DNA from: Ostreococcus lucimarinus
Taxonomy: Eukaryota
Direction: 5' to 3' (one strand)
Length of the DNA stretch: 64,000 bases
Assembly: GCA_000092065.1 (NCBI GenBank)
Contig: CP000582.1
Part shown: positions 1 through 10,700 of the stretch, one piece after another
How the letters are laid out: each line of letters begins with the position of its first letter
Numbering within the stretch: the stretch's first letter is position 1
Notes under the pieces: generated by a model
What the model was told of the DNA's origin: nothing
The model's input: only the letters and a program-made list of their open reading frames with translations
Databases searched by the model: none
Translations under genes and position numbers: made by a program

Positions 1-189
1 CGAAATTGAAATTGCCAAACCTTTGCTGCAACAAAAAGTGCACACGACCGGGACGGCGACCGGGACGGCGACCGGGACGGCGACGAGAACGAAGAATCGA
101 CCGAGGCGCGCGATCGGACGTGTCGTGACGTCGTGAAGTCGTGATTGAACGACGATGAAAGAATGTGATGGTACAACGCGAAGTGGAGC

Positions 190-1305
190 TCACACTTCGG
201 ATCGGTCGTCGGCGTTCGCGGCGGCGGCTAGGAGGGCGTCGGATCGCTTGGCCAAACGCGTGGCCAGCGGCGCGTCCATGAAGAGCTGTGTGATGTGACA
301 CACGATGCATGGGATTGCTATCAGACCGCCTGAGCCAAAGACATCTTCGGGGAGGTAAGATATGATGGTCATGGCCACGGGGAGGGTCTTTTGGCTGGAC
401 ATCATCACGCACGCCACGCGTTCGGGGCCGGAGAGGCCGAGCGCGTGCGTGGCGGCGTAATTGATGGCTAGGAATACGACGTGAACCAGGACGGCGGCGA
501 AAAGCACGGCGAATATCGTGCCTACGTTTGTGTCGATGAGCTCTTTGGCGCTCTTGGAGATGGACATCCAAACGACGATGATGAGACACGAATTATTTGT
601 CAACGTGAGCTCCGCTTTGCGCGCGTTCGCAAACGCCGCCACTGCTGGAATCATCTCTCGCGCAACCTTCCCGAGCACGATCGGAAGCAGAATCGTGAAC
701 AACAACTTAACCAAAAGTTTCACCGCCTGCGTCGACATGTCGTTCGCCGCCCCATTCACCGCGCTCGCCATCTCTCTCGGCCCGCTCGCCACGACGGCGT
801 TGAAGTAAAACGGCACGGTAAACACCCCGATCAGATTCGTGCTCACCGTCAGCATCAGCGCCAGCGCGACGTTCCCTTTCGCGTTTCGCACGAGCGTCAC
901 ACCACTCGTCAGCGTCGTCGGCACGCAGCAAAACAGCGCTAATCCGTATCGAAATTCTATCGGTTTGTACGGCACGCGTACTAGGATAAACCCGAGCAGC
1001 GGCGTCAAGCCTAATATGGCCACCCATCCGTACCCGAGCGCGCCTCGTCCAGCCTTGAGCGCTTGCGTGATTTCCTCCGTCTTCAGCGTGGCGCCGGATA
1101 TGACGAAGATGATCACCACGCACACCGTTTGGATGACGCTCCAGCCGCTCACTGACACCTTGGCGAGCGCCTTGCCGGCGGCCGGGACGGAGAGCCCGAA
1201 TAAAAGCGCGAGGCAGAAGCCGCAGACGAGAAAATTGTCGAGCAAGAAGGCGCGCGCGCGCGCGTGCATCGGTTTGGGCTCAGGCTTCACGACATCAGCG
1301 AGCAT
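190..1305 (-). CDS. Bile acid:Na+ symporter / SBF-like (BASS family) membrane transporter
   Basis: 371-aa ORF with a real ATG at 1305. Multi-pass hydrophobic protein whose pattern (..SSQKTLPVA.., repeated TM helices) matches the BASS/SBF-like transporter family. Confidence 0.5.
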   Translation of the reverse strand: MLADVVKPEPKPMHARARAFLLDNFLVCGFCLALLFGLSVPAAGKALAKVSVSGWSVIQTVCVVIIFVISGATLKTEEITQALKAGRGALGYGWVAILGLTPLLGFILVRVPYKPIEFRYGLALFCCVPTTLTSGVTLVRNAKGNVALALMLTVSTNLIGVFTVPFYFNAVVASGPREMASAVNGAANDMSTQAVKLLVKLLFTILLPIVLGKVAREMIPAVAAFANARKAELTLTNNSCLIIVVWMSISKSAKELIDTNVGTIFAVLFAAVLVHVVFLAINYAATHALGLSGPERVACVMMSSQKTLPVAMTIISYLPEDVFGSGGLIAIPCIVCHITQLFMDAPLATRLAKRSDALLAAAANADDRSEV

Positions 1306-1449
1306 CGCGCGCGAGGCGCGGTGTGAGACGCGGACGAATGGCGAGCTAGTGAAGAAAAAGTGAAACGACGCGCTTTGGCGGCGATGTGTCTACGCGTTGG
1401 TGGTTTCACTACAACCAAACTAAAGCTTTGGTGTCGGTCGGGGTCGCGC

Positions 1450-2789
1450 TCACAGTCGATCATCGCCTCGGTGAGGCTTGACGTTGCTCATGTCTCGCGG
1501 CTCGTTTCGGTAGCTCGCCGTCGAGAGGCCGGTGATGGGCTCTTTGCGAGCTTGAAATCGCGAGAGTTTTTGCGTGACGCTCAAACCGTGCAATCTGTCT
1601 TCCTTGCCGAATGGCGCGCGGTGGATATCGAATCGATCGTCGTACTCGTCGTAATCCAAATCCGTGTAGTAGTACCCGTCGTCCTCCGTCATGCAAGAAA
1701 TGATGGTTAAGATGCCCATGGAGAGCGCGGCGACGAGGACGACGGTGGTGAGGATGACATAGAGCACCCCGTTCACGTCACTCATGTGATGGTGCGGAGC
1801 CCAGTCGATGTAATCATTCATCCCGGCGACGTATGTCGGATCAGTGTACGTCAGGTTGCTGAGTTTCAACGGCGCGACAGCCTCGATGAGCAAACCGCAC
1901 GTCGCGTTGAGCTCGCCGCCTTGCAACGCGATGCGCGCGTAACCATTTTCACCCCACTGCGTGCCCCAAGAGTTCTTTATCACGACGTACTCCATATCCA
2001 GCGTTTTATCGTAGCCGAAACCGACGGCGACGACGGCGTGATTGATCAAGTTTGGATGGTTGGCCCAATCCGGTTGACACTGATCGTACGTGAGGATGCC
2101 GCCAGAGTAGAATCTAAAGTGCTCGCCCATCGCGTTGACGGCGACGGACACCGGTTGCATGTAAATTGCCGATTTCAAGTCGTCCCACGTGTTTTCGAGG
2201 ACGATATAGTCGTCGATCGACGCTGCGTGTTTGCGAGCCGTGTTCGATCTGCAAGGCCCTACTTCGCTCGTCTTGATCGTGTACGGATGCACTGGATAAT
2301 CTTCCGCGGCGCTGATGCCCCCCTTCATCACCGCGTACTGATACCCCGTCACCATGTTACCCCCCGTGCAATCTTGATCGATCGGATCGCACTCTAACAA
2401 CATTTGAGGCGACAGCGTCACCGCCTCTCTTGTCCAAATATAGTGCACGCCCTCCACCGCGGCGGCCGTAGTAAAAGCCCAGCACCCACCGCACGCACCC
2501 TGCTCCCAAACCTTACTCAAGCCACCGAACTTGCGCCAATCCCAACTCGTTGGAAGATTATTGGCGTCGTATAACTCGCCATCCTTCCCGCGCTCGTTGG
2601 CCCAAATATCCGCGTTTCTCCGCAGAAACTCGTCGTGCATCTCGCGCCAGCTATCTTTCTTCGTCCTGCTACGGTCCCGTTCGCCATCGGGTGTCGGTAC
2701 TAACCGTCCCGTGCGCGCTACAAACTCCTCTCGCGTCCTATCGCTCCACAGCGTCGGCCCGAACGTCGCTCGCGAGTCCTCCTCCTCCT

Positions 2790-2825
<36 letters not shown>

Positions 2826-3276
2826 AGCGCTTCGACCGTCGACCCTTCGACCGATGCCCCAGCGCCGCCGAGTCGTCCTCCGCGTCGCGCAGCGCCCGCA
2901 CCACGCGCATATTCTCATAAAAAATAGCCTCCCGCCGTCGACTCTCCTCGCAAGGATACGCGTCGGCGTCGTCGCCGCAGTACTCGCGCGCGCGTCCGCC
3001 CTCGCGCGCGAACGCCTCGAACGCCTCCCGCATCGTCCGCGCGTCTTCCTCCCTCGCCAGCGTCGTCAACAGCGCGGTCTCCATCGCCGTCGCCGTCGTC
3101 GCCGGTCTCCCGTCGCCGTCGCGCGCGTCGTCGCGCGTCGTCGGCGCTTGTTGGGTGTTGCGCGTTCGATCGTCGTCGTCGTCGTCGCCGCGCGCGACGC
3201 CCGCGCGCGTCAGCGCGAGCGCCAGCGCGCACGCGACGAGCGCGACGCGCGTCGTCGACGCGCGCGCGCGCGCCAT
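1450..3276 (-). CDS. Papain-like (C1A) cysteine protease with signal peptide, pro-region and C-terminal transmembrane anchor
   Basis: The catalytic Cys box QGACGGCWAFTT, His box NHAVVAVGFGY and NSWGTQWGENGY are all present. MARARASTTRVALVACALALALTRAG is a likely signal peptide; I set the start at the internal ATG (aa 208 of the 815-aa ORF), because the upstream part of the ORF is GC-rich read-through. The C-terminal hydrophobic helix VLYVILTTVVLVAALSMGILTII is followed by an acidic tail. Confidence 0.8.
2781..2826. repeat. (CCT)3(CGC)~11 trinucleotide microsatellite encoding poly-Glu/poly-Ala inside the protease pro-region
   Basis: cctcctcctc followed by ~11 cgc/gcc repeats; the protein reads EEEED then AAAAAAAAAAA. 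Confidence 0.8.
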
Positions 3277-3511
3277 CGCGCGTCGCCGTGTGCGCGCGCG
3301 CCGGTCGGTCCGCGACGACGGCCGTCGAGTGTTCACGCGTATAACGCGCGCGAAAACGCTATGAAATCGAGTACGTATAAAGCGCACGAAAACACCATGA
3401 AACCGTTTTGACGACCGAGGGGGACGAGGCGCGCGCGACGGCGACGCGCGGCGCGCGACACCGCGACGCGACGCGCGCGCGACGGCGCGACGACGGCGCG
3501 ACGACGCGAGG

Positions 3512-4723
3512 ATGGTTTTTTGGGACAGTCCCGAGAGCGCGGACGAGGACGCGCGACGACCGCGCGCGCGGTGCGACGGCGAGGACATCAACCGACGCGC
3601 GACGGCGACGACGCGCGCGCGCGCGTGGTTGCGAGACGCGCTCGAGCGAGGGACGACGGCGACGGCGCGCGCGACGGCGACGAAGGAGACGTTAGTTCTG
3701 GACGACGCCGCGCGCGAAGCGCGCGAGGGAGCGACGAGCGAGGAGGAATCGAGGCACCTGCGTCGACACGTGGACGCGCTGACGAGGGAGTGCGCGGACG
3801 CCGTCGCCAGGGCGAACGCGAGCGAGATCGCGAGGGAACGATTTGAACAACTGCGGCGCGAAAATGCGGCGTTGAAAAACGCGGACGCGCTGTGCAAGAA
3901 GGCGGAGACGCGAGCGAAGGCGGCGGAGGCGAGGGCGAACGCGGCGCGGGACGCGATGGTGAGCGCGAAGCTTCGTCACGAGGCGGCGCTCAAGAAGGCG
4001 TACGAGGAAAAGGATGGCGTCGTGGAGCGCATGCGGATAGACATCGAGATGTTGCGATCGGAACTCGCGTGCGTGGAGGCCAAGGTGTCGACGCTGGAGG
4101 ATCAAAACGCGGAGATGGAGGAGGATTTGAACGAATACCGCGAAGAAACGGCGCACTTGGACGAAATCATCGCGCAGGCGGAGAGCGAGATGGTGAGAAT
4201 GCTCGAGGAGAAACGCGCGATCGAGCGTGAACTCGCGGCAAAGAGTGCGATGAACATCAAGTCGCTCATCATGAGTCCTTTCTCGCCGTCATCCAGTTCG
4301 CCGCTCGGCACGCCGCGTCTCGCCGCCGCCATGCGTTGGTTCGACACCGCCGTCGTCTCGCCAATGCGTTCGCCGTTCGCGGACATCACGAACGCCGATG
4401 ACGCCGACAACGACACCATGGGTACGAAAACACCGACCGCGCGTAAATCTCGCCTCGGACCGGGGATGAGTCCTTTACCCAAGACGCCCGGCGCCGTCGT
4501 CGAGGATTCGGCGGAGGACGTCGAGCAATACGAGAGCGACGACGAAAGCGTCGGCGTCGAGACTGTTCGAGAACGAACGTGCGAAGTCAAACGTTGGCGA
4601 TTGGTTCTTTCCAAAGTTCCCGAATCGAGACTTTACGGCAGACGTTGGAGCGACGTCGGCGTGCGCTTGCGCGTCGTCGGCGCGGTGTCGCTGTGCAACC
4701 TCGCGTCGGCGGCGTCGACGTAG
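3512..4723 (+). CDS. Coiled-coil protein of unknown function with an S/P-rich C-terminal half
   Basis: ATG at 3512. A long heptad-like region (EIARERFEQLRRENAALKNADAL...LEDQNAEMEEDLNEYREE) precedes multiple SP/TP motifs. I found no diagnostic domain. Confidence 0.4.
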   Translation: MVFWDSPESADEDARRPRARCDGEDINRRATATTRARAWLRDALERGTTATARATATKETLVLDDAAREAREGATSEEESRHLRRHVDALTRECADAVARANASEIARERFEQLRRENAALKNADALCKKAETRAKAAEARANAARDAMVSAKLRHEAALKKAYEEKDGVVERMRIDIEMLRSELACVEAKVSTLEDQNAEMEEDLNEYREETAHLDEIIAQAESEMVRMLEEKRAIERELAAKSAMNIKSLIMSPFSPSSSSPLGTPRLAAAMRWFDTAVVSPMRSPFADITNADDADNDTMGTKTPTARKSRLGPGMSPLPKTPGAVVEDSAEDVEQYESDDESVGVETVRERTCEVKRWRLVLSKVPESRLYGRRWSDVGVRLRVVGAVSLCNLASAAST

Positions 4724-4918
4724 TTTCGCCCGGCGCGCGATCTCGAAAGCTTGTCATCATCATGTATGTTTATACCGTCATGGCATCGCGCCCCGCGAGC
4801 ACCTCGCGCGAGCGCCGCGCGTGAACGTCGTGTCGAAGCGAAGCGAGAGCGCGGCGCGGCGCGTGATTCGAAAATGATTCTCCTCTCATTACCTTCGCTA
4901 GAGTTATGTCTACGACGC

Positions 4919-5740
4919 CTACAAACGACGACCACGGCGACCACCCTTTCTACGAGTAGAATCCGTCGGCGTCGGCGTGACGTCTTCGATTCGGCCAATC
5001 TTCAACCCGGAGCGCGACAACGCGCGAAGCGCGCTTTGCCCGCCCGGACCCGGCGACTTCGTCTTATTACCCCCGGTCGCGCGCATCTTAATGTGCAGCG
5101 CCGTGATACCGAGCTCTTTGCATCGCGCGGCGACGTCTTGCGCCGCGAGCATCGCCGCATACGGCGAGGATTCATCGCGATCAGCCTTCACCTTCATCCC
5201 GCCGGTGCATCGGCTCAGGGTTTCCTTGCCCGACAAATCCGTCACGTGCTGCGTCGTCGAACGCGCGCGTCGGTCAGTCTCTCGCAATCGTCGTTCGGCG
5301 CGTCGCACGGCGCGCGCGAAAACGAAAACGAATGTCATCGCGCACGGCGTCGACGTCCTTCATCGCCGCGTCGCGCGCGCGTCGTCATCGCCATCGTGCG
5401 CGCGACGATCGCACTAGGGCTTTCATCGCGCCATCGCCATCGCCATCGTCATCGCGCGTCCCTCGCGCGCGTCGCGTCGCATCGCTCGTTCGAGCACGCA
5501 CCACGAAAGTATCGTTAAACGACGCGTAGATGTGCGCGACGCCGAAGACGAGCTCGCCCTCGCGCGCGTTGGGACCGACGTACGTAGCCTGCGCGCGGCG
5601 TCGATCGCGGTCGGGTCAGTCGGGCGTTCGCGTCGTCGTCGTCGCGCGCGCGCGCTCGGTCGCGCGCGCTCGGTCGCGCGCGCTCGACGCGATAGGCGCG
5701 CGCGTCGCGGCGTCGCGGCGTCGGTCGAGTCGCGCACCAT
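4919..5740 (-). CDS. RPS14: 40S ribosomal protein S14 (uS11), interrupted by introns
   Basis: The last exon (4919..5248) encodes [62 protein letters not shown], nearly identical to eukaryotic S14. The middle exon (5502..5588) encodes [29 protein letters not shown]. The intron at 5249..5501 has a GTGCGT donor and CAG acceptor. The first exon is inferred to be ATG only (5738..5740) followed directly by GTGCGC, since no in-frame ATG exists upstream of an in-frame TGA. Confidence 0.8.
5249..5501 (-). other. Spliceosomal intron of RPS14 (253 nt, GTGCGT...CAG, phase 0)
   Basis: The S14 homology resumes exactly across this interval (..NDTFV | HVTDLSG..). Confidence 0.75.
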
Positions 5741-5813
5741 GTCGCGGTGCGGCGCGTCGTCGAAAGACGGCGCGCGCGCGCCGCGCGCCCGCGGTCTCGC
5801 GGCGGGCGCGCGG

Positions 5814-7712
5814 ATGGACGGTGTCGTCGATGTTGGCGTTTTCGGGCGTACTCTACGTGCGTTACTGAATACGCATACGGAGCGGTCGGTCGCCGCGGGG
5901 CCCGGCCGTTACACCGACGCGCGCGGCGTCGCGATGACGGCGCGGCGCGAGCGCGCGCGCGCGCGGCGACGGCGCCGCGTCGCCCTCATCGCGTGCGCGT
6001 GCGCGCTCGCGGTGATCTGCGCGCGCGCGGTGACGCCGCGACGCGCGCGCGAGCGGCGCGCGGACGCGCGAACGCCGCGAGAACTCACGCTCGCGTCGCA
6101 CGGTGCGTTTCTGGCGCTGGACGTCGAGTCGAAGGCGGCGCGCGTGATACATCGCGGCCGGGGGGTGTATTACGGCACGTTCGAGGACGGATCGTCGTCG
6201 TCGGACGCGGTGTGGGTGGCGTCGAGGCCGGATAACGCGAAGACGCGGACGCGGACGGCGACGCGCGGGGACGCGTTGCTCAGAATAGACGCGAAGCGGG
6301 GGGAGATTTTAGAGGAAAGGGCGATCGATGCGGCGTTCACGCACGACGTCGTGCGACGAGGTGACTCGGTGTTCGTCGCCGACACTGGGAACGGGCGGAT
6401 TTTGGAGTTGGAGTATCCGTCGATGAGGACGCTTCGGGCGGTGGAGTTGTCGGTGAAGGCGCACGTGAATACGCTCGCGCCGGCGGACGCGAGCGAGTAC
6501 GGCGAGCACGCGGTGTGGGCGGTGCTTCATAATTTAGGTCCGAGCGAGGTGGCGTTGATCGACTTGGAAACTGGGCGCGAGTTGCGACCGAGGTTGACCA
6601 GAGTGGGCACGAAGTCGCACGGGTTGGTCATATACGAAGATCGATTCATCATGCTGAACAGTGGAGAGGGGCAATTGATTTCCGTGGACCCGTCGGGTGT
6701 CGAAGATTACGAGATTTTATGGACCGATGATTCGCGGACGTTCATGAAAGGGTTGTGCGTGATCGATGACGTGGCGTTTTTCGGCGTTTCGGCGTTCGGA
6801 AGAAGAGAAGACCGAGGCGATCCAAACAAGTCGAGCGACGTGGTGGCTTTCGATCTCGTTCGTAAGCGCGAGCTCTGGCGACAGACCGTGATGACGCACG
6901 GATTGCTCAACGTCATCGCCGCGCCGCAAATAGAGTCGAGCACTTGGTCGCACGCACATTGGAATGCAAACTCGCCGTCGTTGTACGCCGAATGGATTCC
7001 TCTGGCGGCGAAGCAAACGAACAATTGTGAAGCGACCGATCGGAATTCCTTGCTGTTGACGTACGACGACGTCGATGTACATCTGCTTCGTGATTACATT
7101 CAAGGCCTCCCTCGCGACGTGTTCAAAGAGTCTGGCAAAAACGGAAACGCTTTGTTGGGTGGGAGAGACGGCAACATGCAAAAGTTCAAGCCAAACGTCG
7201 ATGGCATGCTCTTGTTTTTCTCAGATCGAGGTGGCGAACACGTTTTTGAGTTTCCATTTTGGAAACGTCTCGAGCCGTACGTGCAACCTGTGCTGATTGA
7301 TTTGTTCACCGATCAACTCGGCGTCTCGGATCCGTTACGACACGTGATACGGCTACAGCTGGCGGTGATGAATCCTGGTTCTGAAATTTTGCCACACGTG
7401 GATACGGGCGACTGGGCGAGAAGACACCATCGATTTCACGTTCCAATCATAGTCCCGCAAAACGCTGGAGCGGTGGAATTCGTCATGATGCCAGAATCCG
7501 GTCAGGAAATCGCCGTTCCGCTCATCGAAGGTCGTCCATTTGAGATAAACAACGCGGTGACGCATCGAGTACGGAACAGCGCCTCGTCTTGGCGCATCCA
7601 CTTACTCGTCGACTTTAGCGAGCAACCGACGGCGAAGAGGCACGTGCTCAAGCCTGGGGACGTTTGTGACTACGCCAAAATGGGCAGCGGTCGGTGTGTG
7701 GCTGTCACTTAG
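5814..7712 (+). CDS. Aspartyl/asparaginyl beta-hydroxylase-domain (cupin, 2OG-Fe oxygenase-like) protein with an N-terminal signal-anchor and a central beta-propeller-like region
   Basis: The C-terminal 150 aa (HVDTGDWARRHHRFHVPIIVPQNAGAVEFVMMP..IHLLVDF) matches the Asp/Asn beta-hydroxylase cupin. A type-II anchor (RRRRVALIACACALAVICARA) lies upstream. The start could be at 5739, 5814 or 5934; 5739 would overlap the RPS14 ATG on the other strand. Confidence 0.55.
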   Translation: MDGVVDVGVFGRTLRALLNTHTERSVAAGPGRYTDARGVAMTARRERARARRRRRVALIACACALAVICARAVTPRRARERRADARTPRELTLASHGAFLALDVESKAARVIHRGRGVYYGTFEDGSSSSDAVWVASRPDNAKTRTRTATRGDALLRIDAKRGEILEERAIDAAFTHDVVRRGDSVFVADTGNGRILELEYPSMRTLRAVELSVKAHVNTLAPADASEYGEHAVWAVLHNLGPSEVALIDLETGRELRPRLTRVGTKSHGLVIYEDRFIMLNSGEGQLISVDPSGVEDYEILWTDDSRTFMKGLCVIDDVAFFGVSAFGRREDRGDPNKSSDVVAFDLVRKRELWRQTVMTHGLLNVIAAPQIESSTWSHAHWNANSPSLYAEWIPLAAKQTNNCEATDRNSLLLTYDDVDVHLLRDYIQGLPRDVFKESGKNGNALLGGRDGNMQKFKPNVDGMLLFFSDRGGEHVFEFPFWKRLEPYVQPVLIDLFTDQLGVSDPLRHVIRLQLAVMNPGSEILPHVDTGDWARRHHRFHVPIIVPQNAGAVEFVMMPESGQEIAVPLIEGRPFEINNAVTHRVRNSASSWRIHLLVDFSEQPTAKRHVLKPGDVCDYAKMGSGRCVAVT

Positions 7713-7783
7713 CGTGTGAGTAGGTCATCTTAGTCAACTTTGTATTGGTTTGATTACACATTCTTTCTTTCACATTTGCTTTC

Positions 7784-10700
7784 TCACATGATTTTGATCG
7801 CTCGCTCAAATCCAGCCGGCTTCCCCTGACGGCTAGCCGGCCTTCGCGGACCTCTAACTTCGCGCTCGATCCCCAGCGTCGATTCGCAAAAGCCCTCTTT
7901 GGCGATGCGAACCAATTTACTCGATATAACCAACTCGTCGTCGTCCAAGATTTCATACCGCGGCGGGTGGCCGATGTAGAACTTCCATTTTGCGAAGTCC
8001 TCATCCGTCGCTTCGAGCCTCGTCTTGATCCGAGCCTTCACTTCCCCGAGCGTCTCACCTTCACACGTGCGAAGTAACATCGGTTCATCGTAGGCATAGA
8101 ACTGGTTAGGATTGGACAAGTCTTTGGAAATGTTGTACACACGCAAGAGTCTGTCTTCCTCTGACTCGTCATCGGGAACTTCCTCCGCACGAAGCGTCCA
8201 ATATTGGTCGTTGATATCTGCGATATCCTTTTCCTCCTCGAAAACTTTGTAGATTTGCGAGTAGAAAAGTTCAAGCAGACGTAATTTGCGACCGCCGACT
8301 CGAGTACCGAGCCTAGATCTGACCTCTTCGAGGACATCCTTCACCGCTGCGCTCTTCGACAGACGCAGTTGGAATTCTTCAACGAGCTTTGTGTTCAGTC
8401 CATGGAAGAAAACTTTTAGCGTCTTCAATTCCTGGAGTTCGGGCAGCGGCATGTCTAAGACTTCGTAATAGAGCACGTCGCTTTGCTGGTTTTCCAGCAT
8501 TTTTATCAAAGTATCCGCGCCTCTAAATTGGAAGCTTGCACTCTTTGGACCGTTCGTGTACACGTGATGCGCGGTGAAGCGCAATCGAAGAGGATCGTCC
8601 AAACCGATCGCCGAAGCCAAAACATCAGCGACTTGATCGTAACTCATCATTTTCGTCAACTCCAGAGTCACTTTGTCCACCTTAGGGGCCTCCAGCTCTC
8701 TGAAGTGAACGATTTGATGATTGTGTCTGAAGTCCGCATATTGAACCACGTTGGGGAACTTTAGTGAATCTTCCATGTCTTCAGTGATTTCTGGTTGAAT
8801 AAGCAAGATATCACCGTTACCGAGCTGCAACGTCTTGCTACCGTCATCGGGGTCGCTCAACGGATATGTTTTCACTTGTTTGTCCGATAATTGATCAATT
8901 TGAATCTTACTTTCGCGAACGAACGCAATTTCCTCAAACATGAGCGTTGACGCGGTACTGGCAAACCCTGCCATGGATTTGATCTTCGGCATGTAGGTAC
9001 TGAGCGTCTCCTCGGGACTCGCGTAAAGCGTGCCACAGTAACTCAACCGCGCCTCATGCGGATTGTAAAGCTTGACGTGCAACCAAATGTCTCTTTCTGG
9101 GTCACTGTTCGCGAACGCATCATCGTCAAGCTCTTCCAGGTAGAGTCTGAATTCGCCTGATGAAGCATGCTGTGAGTTAGGCACCGTGTATTTCAGCCGT
9201 GTTTTTTCAACCGTCCAGGTCGGTGGGGTATTTGCGTGGTCTGGAAGCGCGGTGGCTGGCCGAGATGTTTTGTTGCGTCGTGGCGAGTAAGTCCAGTACC
9301 GCTGCCTCTCAGCTGGTATTCCGAGCTTCTCGGAAACGAGCTCCCTAAACTTTGTAAATGTCGACTTTTTATGCAGTCGGAACCTTTGCGCGCTCTCAAA
9401 ATTGCCCAGATCAAAAAACTTCTCCGAAGCGATCTGCCGCTCTAAATCTTGCCTGGTCAAAACCTTGATGATGGTGTACAGATGCGCCTCCTTCTTTTCC
9501 TGCGCCTCTTTCTCCTTTGCCTTCTGCTCCTCAGCGAAGCGGGCCTGGAGGTATTCCGTGAGATGAGACTTATTGGCGACGCACATGATTTGATCCATGT
9601 CATCCTCTCGAATGTACACGAGCATGTAGGCGCTACTCACTTTTTGGAACCGCAAGTTCGGCGCCACGCGGACGTTTGTCGAGTCATCGTCTGCATCCAT
9701 ATCGCTATCGACCGCGGCTGCGCCGCCGCTTCCGTACTGTTCCACCACCGACTTTTCTGCGGTTTCTTTCGTCACGTGTTCGTCATCAAACTTGAACCAC
9801 TGCGCATCTTCCGCCTGCAAATTGGGCTTGACAAACGCGTAATAATGTCCACCATTTATCCCCCCGCTGTGTACTAAGACGCTATGAAGCTTATACTTGT
9901 TGCGAACACTCTTGTCGGACTCGGGAACGAGGTACTTACGATCACCCACGTCGAGATCGAGCTCTTCGGGGAACTCATATCTATCATGGATCTTCACCAT
10001 GGTGTCTCGTTGGTAATCGTACTCAAAACGCTTCAGCTGAATCTGCAACACGGGAGGAAAGTCGTGGAACAGCGTGCCTTTGCGAGCGTCTTGCAATCCG
10101 TGTCCCTCGGCGCGATACTTGTTCTCGCCATCAAGTTTTTCAATCTCAGTGTAACGATCAAAGGACGCATAAATATCTTTGCATCCCTTGACGTCTAACT
10201 GAAGATCGAGAAACTCCTCCTTGCGTTCGCTCTTGTAATCAACGTTGATGCACTCGATGAAGTTCGTCGTGTGCCCTTCGAAGAGCTTCTGAATCGTGCC
10301 CTCGACGCACGTTTGTTTCATGGCCTCTTCAAGCTTATCCTGAAGTACACGGTTGAGTTCCTGTACGTCGTGTTGCATGAAGGAATCGTAAGAGTCCCAT
10401 CCAAACGATCGCGTCAAATCCTCCGTGCTCACGTCGCCTTCTTTGGCGTACTGAAGACAGTAGAACACCGATTGTAACGCTAATGGCATCGATGTGTGCG
10501 CCTCTTCCGTTTCGTTCGTAGGCATGTGATAGACCGCGCGACGAAAGGAGGGAATGTGATAGAGCGTCTGCAAGAGCGAGTTCATGTAACACGTCGCCCC
10601 TTGATTCTTCAGACCGATCAGCCCTGTCTCTTTGCGCGAGTCGTATTCGCTATAAAACGCACTCTGCATCGGTCGGTCGACTTCGTGCTCCTCAATCGGC

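Noticed and set aside
2550-2927. Plus-strand ORF with an 18-residue poly-Pro run
   Set aside because: It is the antisense reading of the (GCC)n poly-Ala microsatellite inside the cysteine-protease gene.
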